64,000 nt of DNA from an uncultured Spirochaetota bacterium (GTDB lineage Bacteria > Spirochaetota > Spirochaetia > SZUA-6 > Fen-1364). Shown piece after piece: positions 1 through 9,792 of this stretch. Under the pieces are notes generated by a model. That model made no database searches, was not told the DNA's origin, and worked only from the letters and a program-made list of their open reading frames with translations. The stretch covers positions 288,001-352,000 of the forward strand of contig CAVTHO010000008.1 in NCBI GenBank assembly GCA_963734545.1, in the 5' to 3' direction. How positions within the stretch are numbered: position 1 is the first letter of the stretch; every line of letters begins with the position of its first letter. A program made the translations under genes and the position numbers.

Positions 1-302
1 GCTTCGCAGGAAGCGCCCGTGTACGGGATGCCCAGGGTGTCGAGAAGGCTCGGCGCAAGGTGAATCAGGCTGCCCTTCCCCTCGATGGTCTCGGCCAGGT
101 TGAAGGCAAGGAGGGGCGCTGCCGCCTTCAGTACCGCTGCCGTCACACCCAGGTCGAGCGATACCGGCACGTCGAATGTCTCATGGCCCAGTGCGTGCAG
201 CGCCGCGCGGACGGTGTTCACCTGGACCAGGACGTCCGCTTCATCTGCCGGGGCCGAAGGGTCCACCCGGCCGTAGACGATGGCGATCTTCTGGTGATTC
301 AT
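1..302 (-). CDS. D-alanine--D-alanine ligase-like ATP-grasp protein, N-terminal part (runs off window start)
   Basis: Manual translation from ATG at 302: MNHQKIAIVYGRVDPSAPADEADVLVQV...LAFNLAETIEGKG...LLDTLGIPYTGAS. The FNLxE and LGIPYTG motifs are typical of the Ddl family. Confidence 0.8.
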   Translation of the reverse strand, partial: MNHQKIAIVYGRVDPSAPADEADVLVQVNTVRAALHALGHETFDVPVSLDLGVTAAVLKAAAPLLAFNLAETIEGKGSLIHLAPSLLDTLGIPYTGASCE

Positions 303-393
303 GGGGAGGCGTCGGTGTGCGGGAGAGATATGTGCGCCACGGTATTTCGTGGATTTTGCGCCGCGTCCGTTTCGGGCGCGGCGCATCGGGTGG

Positions 394-1704
394 TCATTGT
401 ACGTGTTGTCCTGCGGGATCCGGATACCGGAAAAGCAGACCCTGGTAGTTCCTCAGCACGAGGTCGTCCCCGTCCCTCCCGACGACGTACTCGGGCAGGA
501 GCGGGATCTTTCCGCCTCCCGCGGGGGCGTCGATCACGTAGGACGGCACCGCGTAGCCCGACGTGTGTCCCCGCAGGCCCTGGATGATCTCCAGTCCTCT
601 TCTGGACCGGGGTCCGGAAGTGGCGACGAGCCGACGATCGGGTCGCACTGGTACAGGTAGTAGGGCTTCACGCGGGCCTTCAGGAGGCCGTGCATGAGCC
701 GTCGTCATGGTCTCCACGGTGTCGTTGATGCCCGCCAGGAGCACGGTCTGGCTTCCCAGGGGGATGCCCGCATCCGCAAGCCGCGCGCACGCTTCCACGG
801 TCTCCGGGGTGAGCTCGTCCGGGTGAGTGAAGTGGATGCTCATCCACAGCGGGTGGATAGCGCTTCAGCACGCGGGTGAGCGAAGCGGTGATCCGCTGCG
901 GCATGACGACCGGCACCTTGGTGCCGATGCGCAGGAACTCGACGTGCGGGATCCTCCGCAGCCGGGAAAGCAGCCAGTCCAGCTTCTCGTCCGAAAGGGT
1001 CAGCGGGTCCCCGCCGGAGAGGAGCACGTCCCGGACCTCGGTATGGGCGTCGATGTAGGCGATTGCCTGCTCCCACTGGGCCTGGAAGAAGATGCTGTTG
1101 CTGTCGGGGTTTTCCACCATGCGGGAGCGGGTGCAGTAGCGGCAGTTGGACGCGCAGGAGTTGGCCACGAGGAACAGCACCCTGTCCGGGTAGCGGTGCA
1201 CGATGCAGGGCACCGGGCTGTCCTTGTCCTCGCCCAGCGGGTCTTCCGCCTCTCCCGGCGTGCGCAGGTACTCGTCGGTGACCGGGATCATGGTCCGCCG
1301 CAGGGGCTGCTCGGCGTTTTCCGGGTCCAGCAGGCTGAGGTAGTACGGGAGTGATGGCGAAGGGCAGCGAGCCCGAGTGCCGCGCGATGGCCGTGCGCTC
1401 ATCCCCGGTGAGCCGCACGATCCGTCTCCAGCGCCTCCAGGGAGCGGACGCGGTTGCGCAGCTGCCAGCGCCAGTCGCACCATTCGGCCGCAGTGGCAAG
1501 CGGAAAGAAGCGCGCGCGAAACGCTTCCGACCCAGGGGAGACGGGGAACTTGGGGGTGAGGGGAGCTGCTCTCTTGATGGAGCGGGAATAGGACGTAAAC
1601 GGCGGGATCGTAGTCCGGATGCCGGCCAGTTCGGCAAAGTCCTGGACTACGGGCATTGTACCTGGAGGTTCTGCCTCCTCAGTGCTGAGCACTTTGGTTT
1701 CCAT
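394..1704 (-). CDS. kamA: KamA-family radical SAM aminomutase (lysine 2,3-aminomutase type), broken by about six +1 indels
   Basis: Motifs spread over several frames: WCDWRWQLRN, VHRYPDRVLFL, CASNCRYC (CxxxCxxC), VLLSGGDPL, RIGTKVP, SQTVLLAGIND, PYYLYQCD, YVIDAPAGGGK. Extra single bases near 1430, 1348, 855, 700, 622 and 600. Confidence 0.9.
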
Positions 1705-1891
1705 TCTCGTCGAAACTCCTTCATACTATCGAATGTCCGAAAGCAAGCTGTGCTTCTTTCGCCGGGGTTGTCGCGTCATGCTTTGCATGGTGTGCGAACG
1801 GCGGGTCCCCTCCCTTTCGAGCCTACATCGCAATGCATACTACAACGAAAAAACAAATGCAAGGGTTTTTTGGAAGTATCTTTGAATCACG

Positions 1892-3202
1892 ATGGAGAAA
1901 GAACTCTTTACACGGGCCCTTGCGCCGCCGGGAGCCGGCGGCCGCGCAGTGCTTGTCGGAGTCGAGCTCAAGGGCGCGCAATCGACCTGGACGCTCCAGG
2001 ATTCCCTGGCCGAGCTCGGGCGTCTCGCCACCACGGCGGGGCTCGAAGTGGCGGGCGCCACCTGGCAGAAGCTGACCCGGCCCCACCCGGGCACCTGGAT
2101 CGGCTCCGGGAAGGTGCAGGAGCTCAAAGAATTGCTCGCTGCCAATGACGCTCAATTCGTGCTTTTCGACGACGAGCTCTCCCCGGGACAGCAGAAGAAG
2201 CTTGAAATGGCGCTGGGTGACGGAGTCAGGATCATCGACCGGACAAGGCTCATCCTGGACATCTTCAGCCAGCACGCGCACACCCGGGAGGGCAAGCTCC
2301 AGGTGGAGCTGGCCCAGTACCAGTACCTGCTTCCCCGCCTGGCCGGCCTGAGGGCCGGGCTTTCGCAGCAGACGGGCGGCACGGGGGCGGGGCTCGTCGG
2401 CCTGAGGGGACCTGGGGAGACACAGCTCGAGCTCGACCGCAGGCAGGCGCGGCGGAGGATCGCCACCCTGCGCCGCGGCCTGGAGGAGATGCGAAGGCAG
2501 AGGCTGCGGCATCGGATGCGCAGGGAACGCTCCGGGCTGCCGGTAGCCGCCCTCGTGGGGTATACCAATGCGGGAAAAAGCTCGCTGCTCAATGCGCTTA
2601 CCGGTGCCGGAGTGCTCGTCCAGGACAAGCTTTTCGCCACCCTGGACCCTACCACCCGCAGGCTCAGGCTCCCCGGCGGCAGGGAAGCCCTGCTCACGGA
2701 CACCGTCGGCTTCATCAGGAAGCTGCCTCATGCGCTCGTGGCGGCTTTCCGCGCGACGCTGGAAGGCATCGAGGAGGCGTCCGTGATCCTGCACGTCGTG
2801 GACAGCACTCACCCGCACGCTTCCGAGCAGATCGCCGCGGTTCAGGCCGTGCTCGCCGGACTGAAGGTGGCCCAGACGCCCCTTCTTCTCGTCTGGAACA
2901 AGATCGACCTGCTTCCCGCGGACGCCCCGACCCCGGTCCTCGGGTCCTCCCACGCGCACGCCCTGGCGATCAGCGCGAAAACCGGGGCCGGCCTCGATGC
3001 CATGCTTGCCCGGGCTGAAGCGATTCTCGGAGAGAGCCTGGTTGCCCTGGAGGTCGTCATCCCCTACGGCCGCTACGAGCTGGTGCGGATGGTGTATGAA
3101 CAGGGAACCGTAGAATCCCGCGAAGACCTGCCCGAGGGTATTCGTCTCTGCGCATCGGTCCCCCTTGCCCTTTCCGATCGCCTCAGGGAGTTCGCGGGCT
3201 GA
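1892..3202 (+). CDS. hflX: GTPase HflX
   Basis: IDRTRLILDIF, EGKLQVELAQ, RGPGETQLE, G1 GYTNAGKS, LFATLDPT, DTVGF, NKID. Confidence 0.97.
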   Translation: MEKELFTRALAPPGAGGRAVLVGVELKGAQSTWTLQDSLAELGRLATTAGLEVAGATWQKLTRPHPGTWIGSGKVQELKELLAANDAQFVLFDDELSPGQQKKLEMALGDGVRIIDRTRLILDIFSQHAHTREGKLQVELAQYQYLLPRLAGLRAGLSQQTGGTGAGLVGLRGPGETQLELDRRQARRRIATLRRGLEEMRRQRLRHRMRRERSGLPVAALVGYTNAGKSSLLNALTGAGVLVQDKLFATLDPTTRRLRLPGGREALLTDTVGFIRKLPHALVAAFRATLEGIEEASVILHVVDSTHPHASEQIAAVQAVLAGLKVAQTPLLLVWNKIDLLPADAPTPVLGSSHAHALAISAKTGAGLDAMLARAEAILGESLVALEVVIPYGRYELVRMVYEQGTVESREDLPEGIRLCASVPLALSDRLREFAG

Positions 3203-3227
3203 GGGCCTGCGCGCCGGACGTACCGGC

Positions 3228-5990
3228 TCAGACCCGGGGATCGTGCGCCTTCCTTCGATACTCGGTGTACGTCGAATACGGTTCCCCGCCTGCGTTCTCC
3301 TTGCCGGGATCCACGAATACCACCGCGTTTCTCGTGCGTTTGGCCGCGTAGAGGGCCTTGTCCGCGCGTTCCACGGCTCTTGCCAGGTCGAGGATGCCCG
3401 TGACATCCGCGACCCCGATCGACAGGGTACCGCATGGCTGGGCCCGGCTGTCACCAATGCTTTTCACGTCCTCCATTGCCTCGCGGTTGCGGACGTTGCT
3501 CTCCTGGGCATGACGGAGCCGCTCCGCGAGGATGATGCCCGTGTGCAGGTTGGAGGGCACCACCACGAGGATTTCCTCGCCGCCGTAGCGGATCGGAAGG
3601 TCGCCTTCCCGGACACCGTCCAGGACCATGTCCGCGGTGGCCTTCAACACCTCGTCGCCGCGGGGATGGCCCAGCTCGTCGTTCACCCACTTGAAATGGT
3701 CGACGTCGATCAGGAGCAGGGTCAGGCTCTTGTGCTTGGCGCGGAGCTTCTCCAGCCGCCGGGGAAGGTCGATCAGGAAATAGTCCTTGTTTTTCAAACC
3801 CGTGAGCGCGTCGACGAACTGCCCCGGGAACTCTTCGCGCAGGGTTTCCTGGAGCAGCTGGTAGGAATCCCGTCCACGGGCGTCCCGCTCCCGGGTCCAC
3901 ACGTCACGGTCTTCCGCCGTGGCGGCGGTCACGCCGTGGCCCGTCTGGGCGGCAAAGCTTCTCGGATCGTTCAACAGGTACTCGTAGATCTCCGCGACTC
4001 CTCGGAAGACGTCCATGAAAGCCACCGGGGCCTTGTGCGGGATGTCGCGTACGGACTCCCGAAATCGCGCCTCGATCCAGCGCTTGATCTGCCGGGCGAT
4101 GGGGCGATACTCGGCGGATCCGGTCTGCGACTTCAGGGCAAAATCGACGATCGGGTATGCCGCAAGATCCTCCACCGTCCTCCGCCGCACAGGGTCTTCA
4201 GCGGAGAGCGTGGCCTGGTTGACGATCGTGCCGGCCTCGAAGAGGCGCAGGCTGAGCTGGGCGGCGAGCTCGAACGGCTTTGGTCCGTCATAGTGCTCCC
4301 GCTCGGTGATGATGTGCCCGAAGTTCCGGATGGCCCGGTTGCGCAGCTGGTTTATCCTCTCCTCGATGCTGCGCGCCCTCTGGCTCTCCCTGAAGAGCTT
4401 TGCGAAACGCGGGTCCCCTTCGGTTTCCCGCGCGTACTCGCGGATCTCCTCCAGGTACGGCTCGAAGAATCGCAGGTACGCCTCGTGCCAGGAATCGCGC
4501 AAGGCGATGAACGCCGCGGCAACACCCTCTTTTCCGACGATCTTTTCCAGGGCATACGGCTCCAGGGACCCGAGAAGGTCGTCGAGGATCGAATGCAGCA
4601 CAATGAGAAGAGCCACCACGTCCGTGGAGGACAGCTTTTCCAGGTCCGCCAGGCGTGACTGGAAAGCCGCCGAACGATTGAATACCCTGTTGGCGAAATA
4701 GGGCAGGATGAAAGCTCCCTGCTCCATGCGTTCGATGCCGGATTCGGGGAACAGGGACTCCAGGGTGGCGAGAGTCCCCTCGAACCGCACGCCGAACTGC
4801 TCCGCCTTCTCCTGCTCCAGGCGCGCCAGCTCTTTCTCCTGGCGCTCCTTCAGGGCCTTCTCCCGCGCTTCGCGCATCCTTTTCTGCCAGCCCTCCCAGG
4901 TGAGGATTTCCTCCTCCTTGAGCCCGAGGAACTGCAGGACGGCCAGGCGCTTCCCCGGGCTCGTGTCCTCCTCCGGGTAGAAAGCGGCGATCATCTTGAG
5001 CAGGGCCGGATAGAGCTCGTGGCCGAACCGGTGGAGGTTCTGGAGTGCGGCCCGGAACAGGCTCTCCGCCTCGGCGAACTCCGAGGCGGCGCGCGCGCCC
5101 GGGGCCAGGGAGAGGTTGACCTCCCGCATGACCTCGAAGAGCATCTCCAGCTTGTCGCGTTCCAGTGCCTCCGTGATTGCGACGAGCCGGCACCCGTCCT
5201 TCACCACGCGCGCCAGCTCTGCAATCCGCACGCGTATACCGGCCCGCAGGTTGGAGCCGAGAAATTCGAGACTCTTGCGGAGCATGTCGCGGCGCTCTGT
5301 GAACACGGCAAAGAAGACGAGGACGAATGGCTCGCGCGCGCGCAGCGATTTCAGCGTCTCCTCAGCGCGCTCCGCCGCTTTCTCCTTGTCCTGAGCCTTT
5401 GTGCCGGAAGGCCCGGCGCCGAGGAGGATCCGCGCGCTGTCCCGCAGGGCATTCAGCGTGTCGATGAATGAAAGCTGGAAAGGATTCTGGTCGTGATACC
5501 CCCTCTCCGCGGCGATGAGGCGCAGCAGGGCCCTGCTGGCATAGTCCGCCCGCGTGGCGTCGAAGAGGCTCATGAAGTCATCGAAGCGTTCCGGAAGACG
5601 GGTGATGAGAAATCCGCGGCTGTACGCGTAGCGGTTGATCCGCCTGCGCAGCCAGGGGGGCACGAGGGGCAGCCAGTCCACTGCCCGCCTGTTCAGATCC
5701 TCGAGGGCAGCGGCCTGCGCAGCCTGCTGGGCATCCGGCCGGCCGTCGGCCGGTGCCGGGCGCGCGCTCGCGGGCTCGGGTGGGAGCGGGGTACCCTGGC
5801 GTCTCTCTTCGAGCTCATTCTGAGTCTTCGCCTTCTGCAAGGCGGCGCGGGATCTCCGCTGCGCCTCCTCCTCGCCGTAGCCCCTGCCGCGAAGGGTCTT
5901 ATAGACCTTCTTTATCTCTTCCTTGGGCACGCCCCGGCGAAGGAGATCTTCCTTGAAATCCGCTTCTTCTTTCTTACCGGGGGCCGCCAT
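3228..5990 (-). CDS. Large soluble GGDEF diguanylate cyclase
   Basis: C-terminal DALTGLKN, IDVDHFKWVNDELGHPRGD, RxxD I-site (REGD), RYGGEEI, ADKALYAAK. About 720 aa of unrecognised N-terminal sequence. Confidence 0.9.
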   Translation of the reverse strand: MAAPGKKEEADFKEDLLRRGVPKEEIKKVYKTLRGRGYGEEEAQRRSRAALQKAKTQNELEERRQGTPLPPEPASARPAPADGRPDAQQAAQAAALEDLNRRAVDWLPLVPPWLRRRINRYAYSRGFLITRLPERFDDFMSLFDATRADYASRALLRLIAAERGYHDQNPFQLSFIDTLNALRDSARILLGAGPSGTKAQDKEKAAERAEETLKSLRAREPFVLVFFAVFTERRDMLRKSLEFLGSNLRAGIRVRIAELARVVKDGCRLVAITEALERDKLEMLFEVMREVNLSLAPGARAASEFAEAESLFRAALQNLHRFGHELYPALLKMIAAFYPEEDTSPGKRLAVLQFLGLKEEEILTWEGWQKRMREAREKALKERQEKELARLEQEKAEQFGVRFEGTLATLESLFPESGIERMEQGAFILPYFANRVFNRSAAFQSRLADLEKLSSTDVVALLIVLHSILDDLLGSLEPYALEKIVGKEGVAAAFIALRDSWHEAYLRFFEPYLEEIREYARETEGDPRFAKLFRESQRARSIEERINQLRNRAIRNFGHIITEREHYDGPKPFELAAQLSLRLFEAGTIVNQATLSAEDPVRRRTVEDLAAYPIVDFALKSQTGSAEYRPIARQIKRWIEARFRESVRDIPHKAPVAFMDVFRGVAEIYEYLLNDPRSFAAQTGHGVTAATAEDRDVWTRERDARGRDSYQLLQETLREEFPGQFVDALTGLKNKDYFLIDLPRRLEKLRAKHKSLTLLLIDVDHFKWVNDELGHPRGDEVLKATADMVLDGVREGDLPIRYGGEEILVVVPSNLHTGIILAERLRHAQESNVRNREAMEDVKSIGDSRAQPCGTLSIGVADVTGILDLARAVERADKALYAAKRTRNAVVFVDPGKENAGGEPYSTYTEYRRKAHDPRV

Positions 5991-6077
5991 ACGCCGCTCT
6001 TTCTCCTTGTCTCAGAAGAGTCTCATTCCCAATGTACCATCCCGGCAGGGAAGCGCACCGCATTTCCCTGGCGGGCT

Positions 6078-6806
6078 TCACTGCAATCGCCAGAACAGGG
6101 GCCTCGGATTTTCCTGCTCCACGCACACTGCTCCCGCATGACCGGGGGACGGAAGCAGGTCACGCATCCACCAGTCCCGGGCCGGGCCGGAAGGCGTGTC
6201 GGCCAGCACGACTCTGAATCCCGAGTCGGCATGGCCGCAGGGGGGAAGCGCAAAGCGCGCGAAGCAATCGAAAAGCCCGATGCCCAGCGCTTTCGCGGCC
6301 GCCTCCCGGCGAGTCCAGAGAAGGAAAAATGCGCGGGTCCGCTCCTCTCCTTCGTGCGATCGCAGCCAGGCTGATTCCTGCTCGCTGAAGAATCCGTTCA
6401 GGATCGCTTCCCTCTCCGGTACCTCTCTCACCCGTTCGACGTCGATGCCGACCCGGAGGCCCCGGGAGACGGCGATGAGTGCCAGATCTCCCGCATGGGA
6501 AATGTTGAATTGAATGGAAGGGTCCGCGCAATCGAGGGCGGGTTTCCCGGAATTCCCTGCCGTGAAGGAAAGTGAGCGCGGTTCCTCGAGAAGGTACTTT
6601 GCCAGGACGACGCGCAGCGAGGCGCGGGCGGCGGCACATCGTGCGCGGTCCGCCGGACGTACGAACCGACCGCACTGGTCCCTTTCCTCCGCGGAGAGAG
6701 CGCCCTCCAGGCGCTCACGCTCCTCCGCCGGCAGGGCGAGGGAGGCACGCCAGATGTGCAGGCTCCCCTGTTCCAGGAGAAGCTGCCGTGGAGGGTGAGC
6801 CCACAT
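6078..6806 (-). CDS. Sfp-type 4'-phosphopantetheinyl transferase
   Basis: GKP, FNISHAG, VGIDVE, WTRREAAAKALG. Confidence 0.93.
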   Translation of the reverse strand: MWAHPPRQLLLEQGSLHIWRASLALPAEERERLEGALSAEERDQCGRFVRPADRARCAAARASLRVVLAKYLLEEPRSLSFTAGNSGKPALDCADPSIQFNISHAGDLALIAVSRGLRVGIDVERVREVPEREAILNGFFSEQESAWLRSHEGEERTRAFFLLWTRREAAAKALGIGLFDCFARFALPPCGHADSGFRVVLADTPSGPARDWWMRDLLPSPGHAGAVCVEQENPRPLFWRLQ

Positions 6807-6879
6807 GGGGAAGGATGATACGGGTCCCTGCGCGCCTTGACAACAACCCCCTGTTTCGGTTTATAGATGCATGCATACC

Positions 6880-8127
6880 ATGAGAAATCCCACAGATGTC
6901 AGGGTCGTCATTACCGGCATGGGCACGATCAACCCGATTGGAAGCAGCGTGCCCCAGTTCTGGGAAAACCTCATCAAGGGCACCTCGGGAGTTCGGCGTA
7001 TCTCGAGCTTCCCGATCAACAACTATTCCGTCCAGATTGCCGGGGAAGTCGATCTGCCGGACCTTGCGCCGTATTTCAAGAACCGGAAGATGACAAGAAG
7101 GCTCGACCGGTTCGTCGTCCTGGCGCACATCGCCGGTGCCCAGGCCATGCGGGATTCGGGCCTGGACGTGGAAAAGGCTCCGCACCGGTACGGCGTGATC
7201 ATCGGAACCGGTGAAGGCGGCGCCGCAACACGCTATATCAACACGAAAAAAATCGTCGAGGATGGGATGCAGGCAGCGTCCCCGTTCTTCGCCATGTGCA
7301 TTCCCAGCACCGCATCGGGATTTTTCGCCATGGAGTGGAACCTCCAGGGCCCGTGTTTCTCCGTGAACTCGGCGTGTGCCACCGGAAATCATGCCATGGG
7401 AGTTTCGGCCTCGCTCATCAGGATGGGAATGGCTGACGCAATCTTTACCGGCGGGGCCGAAGCGGTGATCAACCCCACCGGGCTCGCCGCATTCGGAAAC
7501 ATCATGGCTCTTTCCGAGCGCAACGACTCTCCGGAAACCGCCTCACGTCCATTTGACAAGGACAGGGACGGGTTCGTGTTGAGCGAGGGAGCAGGCGTTC
7601 TCTGCCTGGAAGAGCTGGAGCACGCGAAACGCAGGGGTGCCACGATCTACGCCGAGCTCACCGGGTACGGATTCACCGGAGATGCCTACGATCTAGTGGC
7701 GCCGCACCCCACCTCGCGCGGCTCTGCCCGGGCCATGCAGGACGCGCTGGACAACGCGCACCTGAACCCTGACCAGGTGGACCTGATCAACTGTCACGCC
7801 GCCTCCACCTCGCTGGGGGACCTTGCGGAGAGCAAAGCGATCAGCGCGGTCTTCAAGGATCTCGCTTCGAAAGTTCCGTCCCACAGCACCAAATCCATGA
7901 CCGGCCATCCCCTTGGCGCGGCAAGCGCACTGGAAGCCATCGCCGTTATTCTGGCCATACAGAAGGGCGTGATACATCCGACCATCAATCAGTTCGAGCA
8001 GGACCCGCGGATCGCGCTCAACGTGGTGCGAAAGCCCCTGGAGGCAAAGGTCAATCACGTGGTTTCAAACGGTTTCGGGTTCGGCGGTCAGAACGCGGCG
8101 ATAACGCTCTCGCGCTACACGGGTTGA
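6880..8127 (+). CDS. fabF: Beta-ketoacyl-ACP synthase II
   Basis: RVVITGMG, SACATGNH (catalytic Cys), SRPFDKDRDGF, NCHAAST, KSMTGH, NGFGFGGQN. Alternative start at 6871. Confidence 0.93.
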   Translation: MRNPTDVRVVITGMGTINPIGSSVPQFWENLIKGTSGVRRISSFPINNYSVQIAGEVDLPDLAPYFKNRKMTRRLDRFVVLAHIAGAQAMRDSGLDVEKAPHRYGVIIGTGEGGAATRYINTKKIVEDGMQAASPFFAMCIPSTASGFFAMEWNLQGPCFSVNSACATGNHAMGVSASLIRMGMADAIFTGGAEAVINPTGLAAFGNIMALSERNDSPETASRPFDKDRDGFVLSEGAGVLCLEELEHAKRRGATIYAELTGYGFTGDAYDLVAPHPTSRGSARAMQDALDNAHLNPDQVDLINCHAASTSLGDLAESKAISAVFKDLASKVPSHSTKSMTGHPLGAASALEAIAVILAIQKGVIHPTINQFEQDPRIALNVVRKPLEAKVNHVVSNGFGFGGQNAAITLSRYTG

Positions 8128-8160
8128 CACCGAAATCGAGGCACGGATCCCGCCGTAGAC

Positions 8161-8176
8161 TACGACTTTAGTCCCA
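8161..8176. promoter_or_regulatory. Possible NarL/LuxR-type response-regulator site
   Basis: TACGACT-TT-AGTCCCA, an imperfect 7-2-7 inverted repeat upstream of the small ORF and acyltransferase. Confidence 0.35.
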
Positions 8177-8282
8177 GATCGAACCGCGACCATAAGACTT
8201 CCTCAAACCATTCCTCCGACCGACGCGCCCGCGGCGCCTGACGTGCAATGCTTGATCATGTGCAAGTCACAGGAGGAAAGAA

Positions 8283-8453
8283 ATGAACAGGACACAATCG
8301 GAAAAGCAGGCTCGACGGGAAAGCAGGACAAACCGCGGCGCGCAGCGTGAGCAGGCCAGATCAGGGCGCTCTGCCCGGGAATCTCTCAAAGCTGCCGCTG
8401 ACCGGCAGATCGCCGAGATCGAGCGGACATTCACGTCCCGCTATGAATGGTAA
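8283..8453 (+). CDS. 56-aa hypothetical basic peptide
   Basis: AGGAGG ribosome-binding site just upstream of the ATG. Sequence MNRTQSEKQARRESRTNRGAQREQARSGRSARESLKAAADRQIAEIERTFTSRYEW*, ending 10 nt before the next gene. Confidence 0.6.
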   Translation: MNRTQSEKQARRESRTNRGAQREQARSGRSARESLKAAADRQIAEIERTFTSRYEW

Positions 8454-8463
8454 GGGACCCGAA

Positions 8464-9612
8464 ATGAATGCGATCAGCATCCCTTCGTCATCAGCGGGCA
8501 TGAAACCCATGGCATCCCTGGTGCCCGCGAATCGAATCGTCTATCTGGACGTGCTGAAGGTCGTGCTCACGATCCTGGTGATCGCGCACCACGTGGGACA
8601 GGCCTATGGCCCAACCGGCGGATACTGGCCCGTGCAGGAAACAGCGCGGGCCGCCTTCCTGGGCCCCTTTTTCACCGTGAACCGCTCATTTTTCATGAGC
8701 CTGTTTTTCATGATTTCGGGGTATTTCATGGTCGGCGCGTACCAACGCAACGGGTTTGCCGCTTTCATCCGCAGCCGATTCGTGCGGCTGGGCGTGCCGG
8801 TACTCGCCTTTGCGGCACTCATGCTTCCCGCGCGGATTTTCATCTTTGGCGAGCACATTGCGCGCTGGGATGACTACATAAACGCAGGGCACCTCTGGTA
8901 CCTCGAGCACGTGCTGCTCTTCAGCGTGGTCTATGCGCTCTGGCAGAGGATTCGTGAGTCGTCGCAGCGGAACGCGCCGCAGCGCGGCCGGATATCGAAG
9001 CGCGCGGCGCCCCGCCTGCTGCCGACCTGTGCGGCCCTCCTTCTGGTGGCCGTGGCGTGCGGGGCGGTGCGGATCTGGTCTCCCATCGATCGATGGCTGA
9101 ACCTGCTGGGCTTCCTTCGCGTCGCCTTTGCCGACGTGCCCCGGGACCTTGCATTCTTCATCTTCGGTGCAATGGCCTTCAGGCACGGCTGGTTTGAAAG
9201 CTTCCCCACGCGGAGAGGCATGATCTGGCTTGCCGTTGGCGTCGTGTCGGCACTTGCCTGGTATGCATGGTCCCTGCTCCCGCACACCGGCCTCACCCTC
9301 AGCGGCATGGGCTTCGGGATCGTCTACCCGATCTGGGAGGAGCTGGTCTGCTTCGGGATGTGCATCGGGCTGCTGGTGCTGTTCCGGCAGGCGGTCTCCG
9401 GCCAGGGGCCGTTCGGCAGGCTGCTAGCCGCAAACCAGTACTCGGCGTACTTCTGGCACCCCCTGCTGATCGTCGGGATCCAGATGGGCTTCCTTGCCCT
9501 GTCCCTCGGCCCGTTCGTCAAGTTCGTCGCCGTCACGGCGCTGGGCGTGCCCGTTGTCTTCTTCTGGAGCTGGCTGGTACGAAGAATCCCGGCCGTGCGC
9601 TCGGTGCTGTAG
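8464..9612 (+). CDS. Acyltransferase family 3 membrane protein (OpgC/MdoC-like)
   Basis: RIVYLDVLK, VIAHH, FFMSLFFMISGYF, RFVRLGVP, GHLWYL and about 10 TM segments. Start could also be 8500. Confidence 0.9.
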   Translation: MNAISIPSSSAGMKPMASLVPANRIVYLDVLKVVLTILVIAHHVGQAYGPTGGYWPVQETARAAFLGPFFTVNRSFFMSLFFMISGYFMVGAYQRNGFAAFIRSRFVRLGVPVLAFAALMLPARIFIFGEHIARWDDYINAGHLWYLEHVLLFSVVYALWQRIRESSQRNAPQRGRISKRAAPRLLPTCAALLLVAVACGAVRIWSPIDRWLNLLGFLRVAFADVPRDLAFFIFGAMAFRHGWFESFPTRRGMIWLAVGVVSALAWYAWSLLPHTGLTLSGMGFGIVYPIWEELVCFGMCIGLLVLFRQAVSGQGPFGRLLAANQYSAYFWHPLLIVGIQMGFLALSLGPFVKFVAVTALGVPVVFFWSWLVRRIPAVRSVL

Positions 9613-9621
9613 ATCTCCCCC

Positions 9622-9649
9622 AGGTCGCCTGTGATTTCACGGGCGACCT
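9622..9649. terminator. Hairpin between convergent genes
   Basis: AGGTCGCCTGTGA-TT-TCACGGGCGACCT. Confidence 0.5.
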
Positions 9650-9792
9650 TCGCGGGATTTTCCCGACCACCCCGCCGAACCTCACGAAAATGCGGAATTC
9701 AGAAATGCGCCTTCTAAAATCGCCGAAAACATGAGGGTCACGGCCCGCCTCGGCGTTTTTTGCAGGGAATCGGGGACGAGTCCGGCGGACCT

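Noticed and set aside
600-1440. Programmed frameshifting or recoding in kamA
   Set aside because: There are about six independent shifts with no slippery heptamers and no in-frame TGA/TAG readthrough pattern.
1705-1830. Known riboswitch (lysine, SAM, c-di-AMP) upstream of kamA
   Set aside because: Small hairpins are present, but I could not match the conserved cores by eye. An Rfam scan is needed.
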